DNA from: Octopus sinensis
Taxonomy: Eukaryota
Direction: 5' to 3'
Assembly: GCF_006345805.1 (NCBI RefSeq)
Contig: NC_043005.1
Coordinates: 17,112,001 to 17,176,000 of the forward strand
DNA length: 64,000 bases
This document shows positions 62,581 through 64,000 of this stretch, piece by piece. The notes under the pieces are model-generated. The model was not told where the DNA came from. It made no database searches and saw nothing but the letters and a program-made list of their open reading frames with translations. Each line of letters begins with the position of its first letter. Position 1 is the stretch's first letter. A program made the translations under genes and the position numbers.

Positions 62581-63816
62581 CTTTATACATACATAGACCT
62601 ATATAAGTCAGGATGAAAGTTGAAATGTACTTCTACACTTCAGGATCTCTCTTATGTTTATATCAAGTCTCCATTTACTACTCTCCCCTTATCTTCATTA
62701 CTCTCTCATTTGTCTATCTTTGGTAGGTAGGTAGATGAATTTTGGATCTATCTTAACACTGTGCCTCCTTGTTATTGCATTATCTCCCTCCCATTACATT
62801 GCCTGCATAATCCCGATGGCACTGGATCTGCCCTATTCTATTCTAACTCACCATTTGTATTTTTATTGCTAACCATCATTCGGTGTGTCTATCTCTATTA
62901 CTCTCTTCTCTAACAATCATTACTGACATGTCACTCTTACTATTACACATCTTTACTACTTCCATCACTGTCTCAGTAACACATTGATATCCACTACTCT
63001 TATAGTTTCCTCCTTCATTCAGACCATTCAGGTTTTCTATTCAACCTCCTTACCAACAACCAGCATGTTGCTGTCTATCAATGGCTCTCCCCCACTATTT
63101 CGTACCATACTAGTTCTCCTCTCTAACTCTCCTCAATCCCTTGCCCTAGTTCTCTATTACTCATTACTCTCCCTTCTATTCCCTTGGTTACGTTGCTTTA
63201 AGTGAATGGAGACAATATAGATTAAAGCGTATTCTTTAGCTTTGTGTAGGACAAGGCAACACCTCTAGGGCTAGTGCCACAATAAAATGTACCCAGTGGT
63301 TGGCATAAGGAAGGGCATCCAACCACAGAAAACCTACCAAAATGGAATCCATCTAGAAGACCAGTAACTTTATCAGAATTTGGACTACCATGACCTGTCC
63401 AACTCATGCCAGGGTTGTAAATGTAAAATGATGATGATATATCTATAATAGATTCATAGACTGCATATGTTTACAAAAACAAAATCAGGGAACTATATAT
63501 ATATATATATATATATAAAAAGCAGAGTAGAGTGAAGGTGTGTGTAAAATGATATAGTCTATTAATGGATAATACATCATAACACAGAGCTTCAGATCAT
63601 ATTTAGTGGAAGACTTGCTATGAACTAAGGTCATACGTTTCCCTTTATATTCTCCATCAGAAGCTGGATCTTACAGTTTATTCACCAAGTAGACTTGTAT
63701 GATAGAACCAAATAATCCATAATTTATATGACTATTAGTTGAACACTTTTAAGGAGAAATACCTTAGAAAAGCTGACTGTGATGTACCCTGTGAAGTACA
63801 AATACGCCTTACTATG

Positions 63817-63860
<44 letters not shown>

Positions 63861-64000
63861 GACTCTCCCGTCATTAGACAGTGTATGAGAGTTCGACAAT
63901 TTCTTACCGAACAACCACACAGATGATTTGTTTATAATGGTCAAATGTTTGTGTTCCGCTCCCTCCATCATATCGACTACAGGTGCAATGGGTGCCACAC

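Noticed and set aside
63735-64000. Minus-strand ORF with a gtaaga donor near 63910
   Set aside because: Does not encode the expected central NIDO motifs (NTFQ, TDG) and is cut by the window edge.

Overview
AT-rich, microsatellite-dense eukaryotic DNA. The repeat content (many tRNA-derived SINEs, RTE/CR1 LINE ends, Penelope remnants, mariner, piggyBac, hAT and Helitron derivatives) looks like an octopus (coleoid cephalopod) genome; this is inferred from pattern recognition, not from a search. Most ORFs in the supplied track are microsatellite or repeat artefacts. Two host exons are well supported, both on the minus strand: a NIDO-domain C-terminal exon (61744-61897) and an IPT/TIG-domain exon (32441-32692). 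They join in frame across a ~29 kb intron, as in Mesh/SUSD2-like proteins. I could not find the downstream exons in the remaining 32 kb. The most interesting non-gene signal is a set of seven minimal type I hammerhead-ribozyme-like motifs in Penelope-like remnants. They occur in three core variants: canonical CUGANGA, a compensatory U3-A8 core, and a recurrent A6U core. There is also a degenerate HDV-like ribozyme candidate, several template-switch or foldback structures, multimeric SINE insertions, and nested inverted SINE pairs around the IPT exon. All coordinates were read by eye. SINE and other repeat family letters (A-J) are my working labels.
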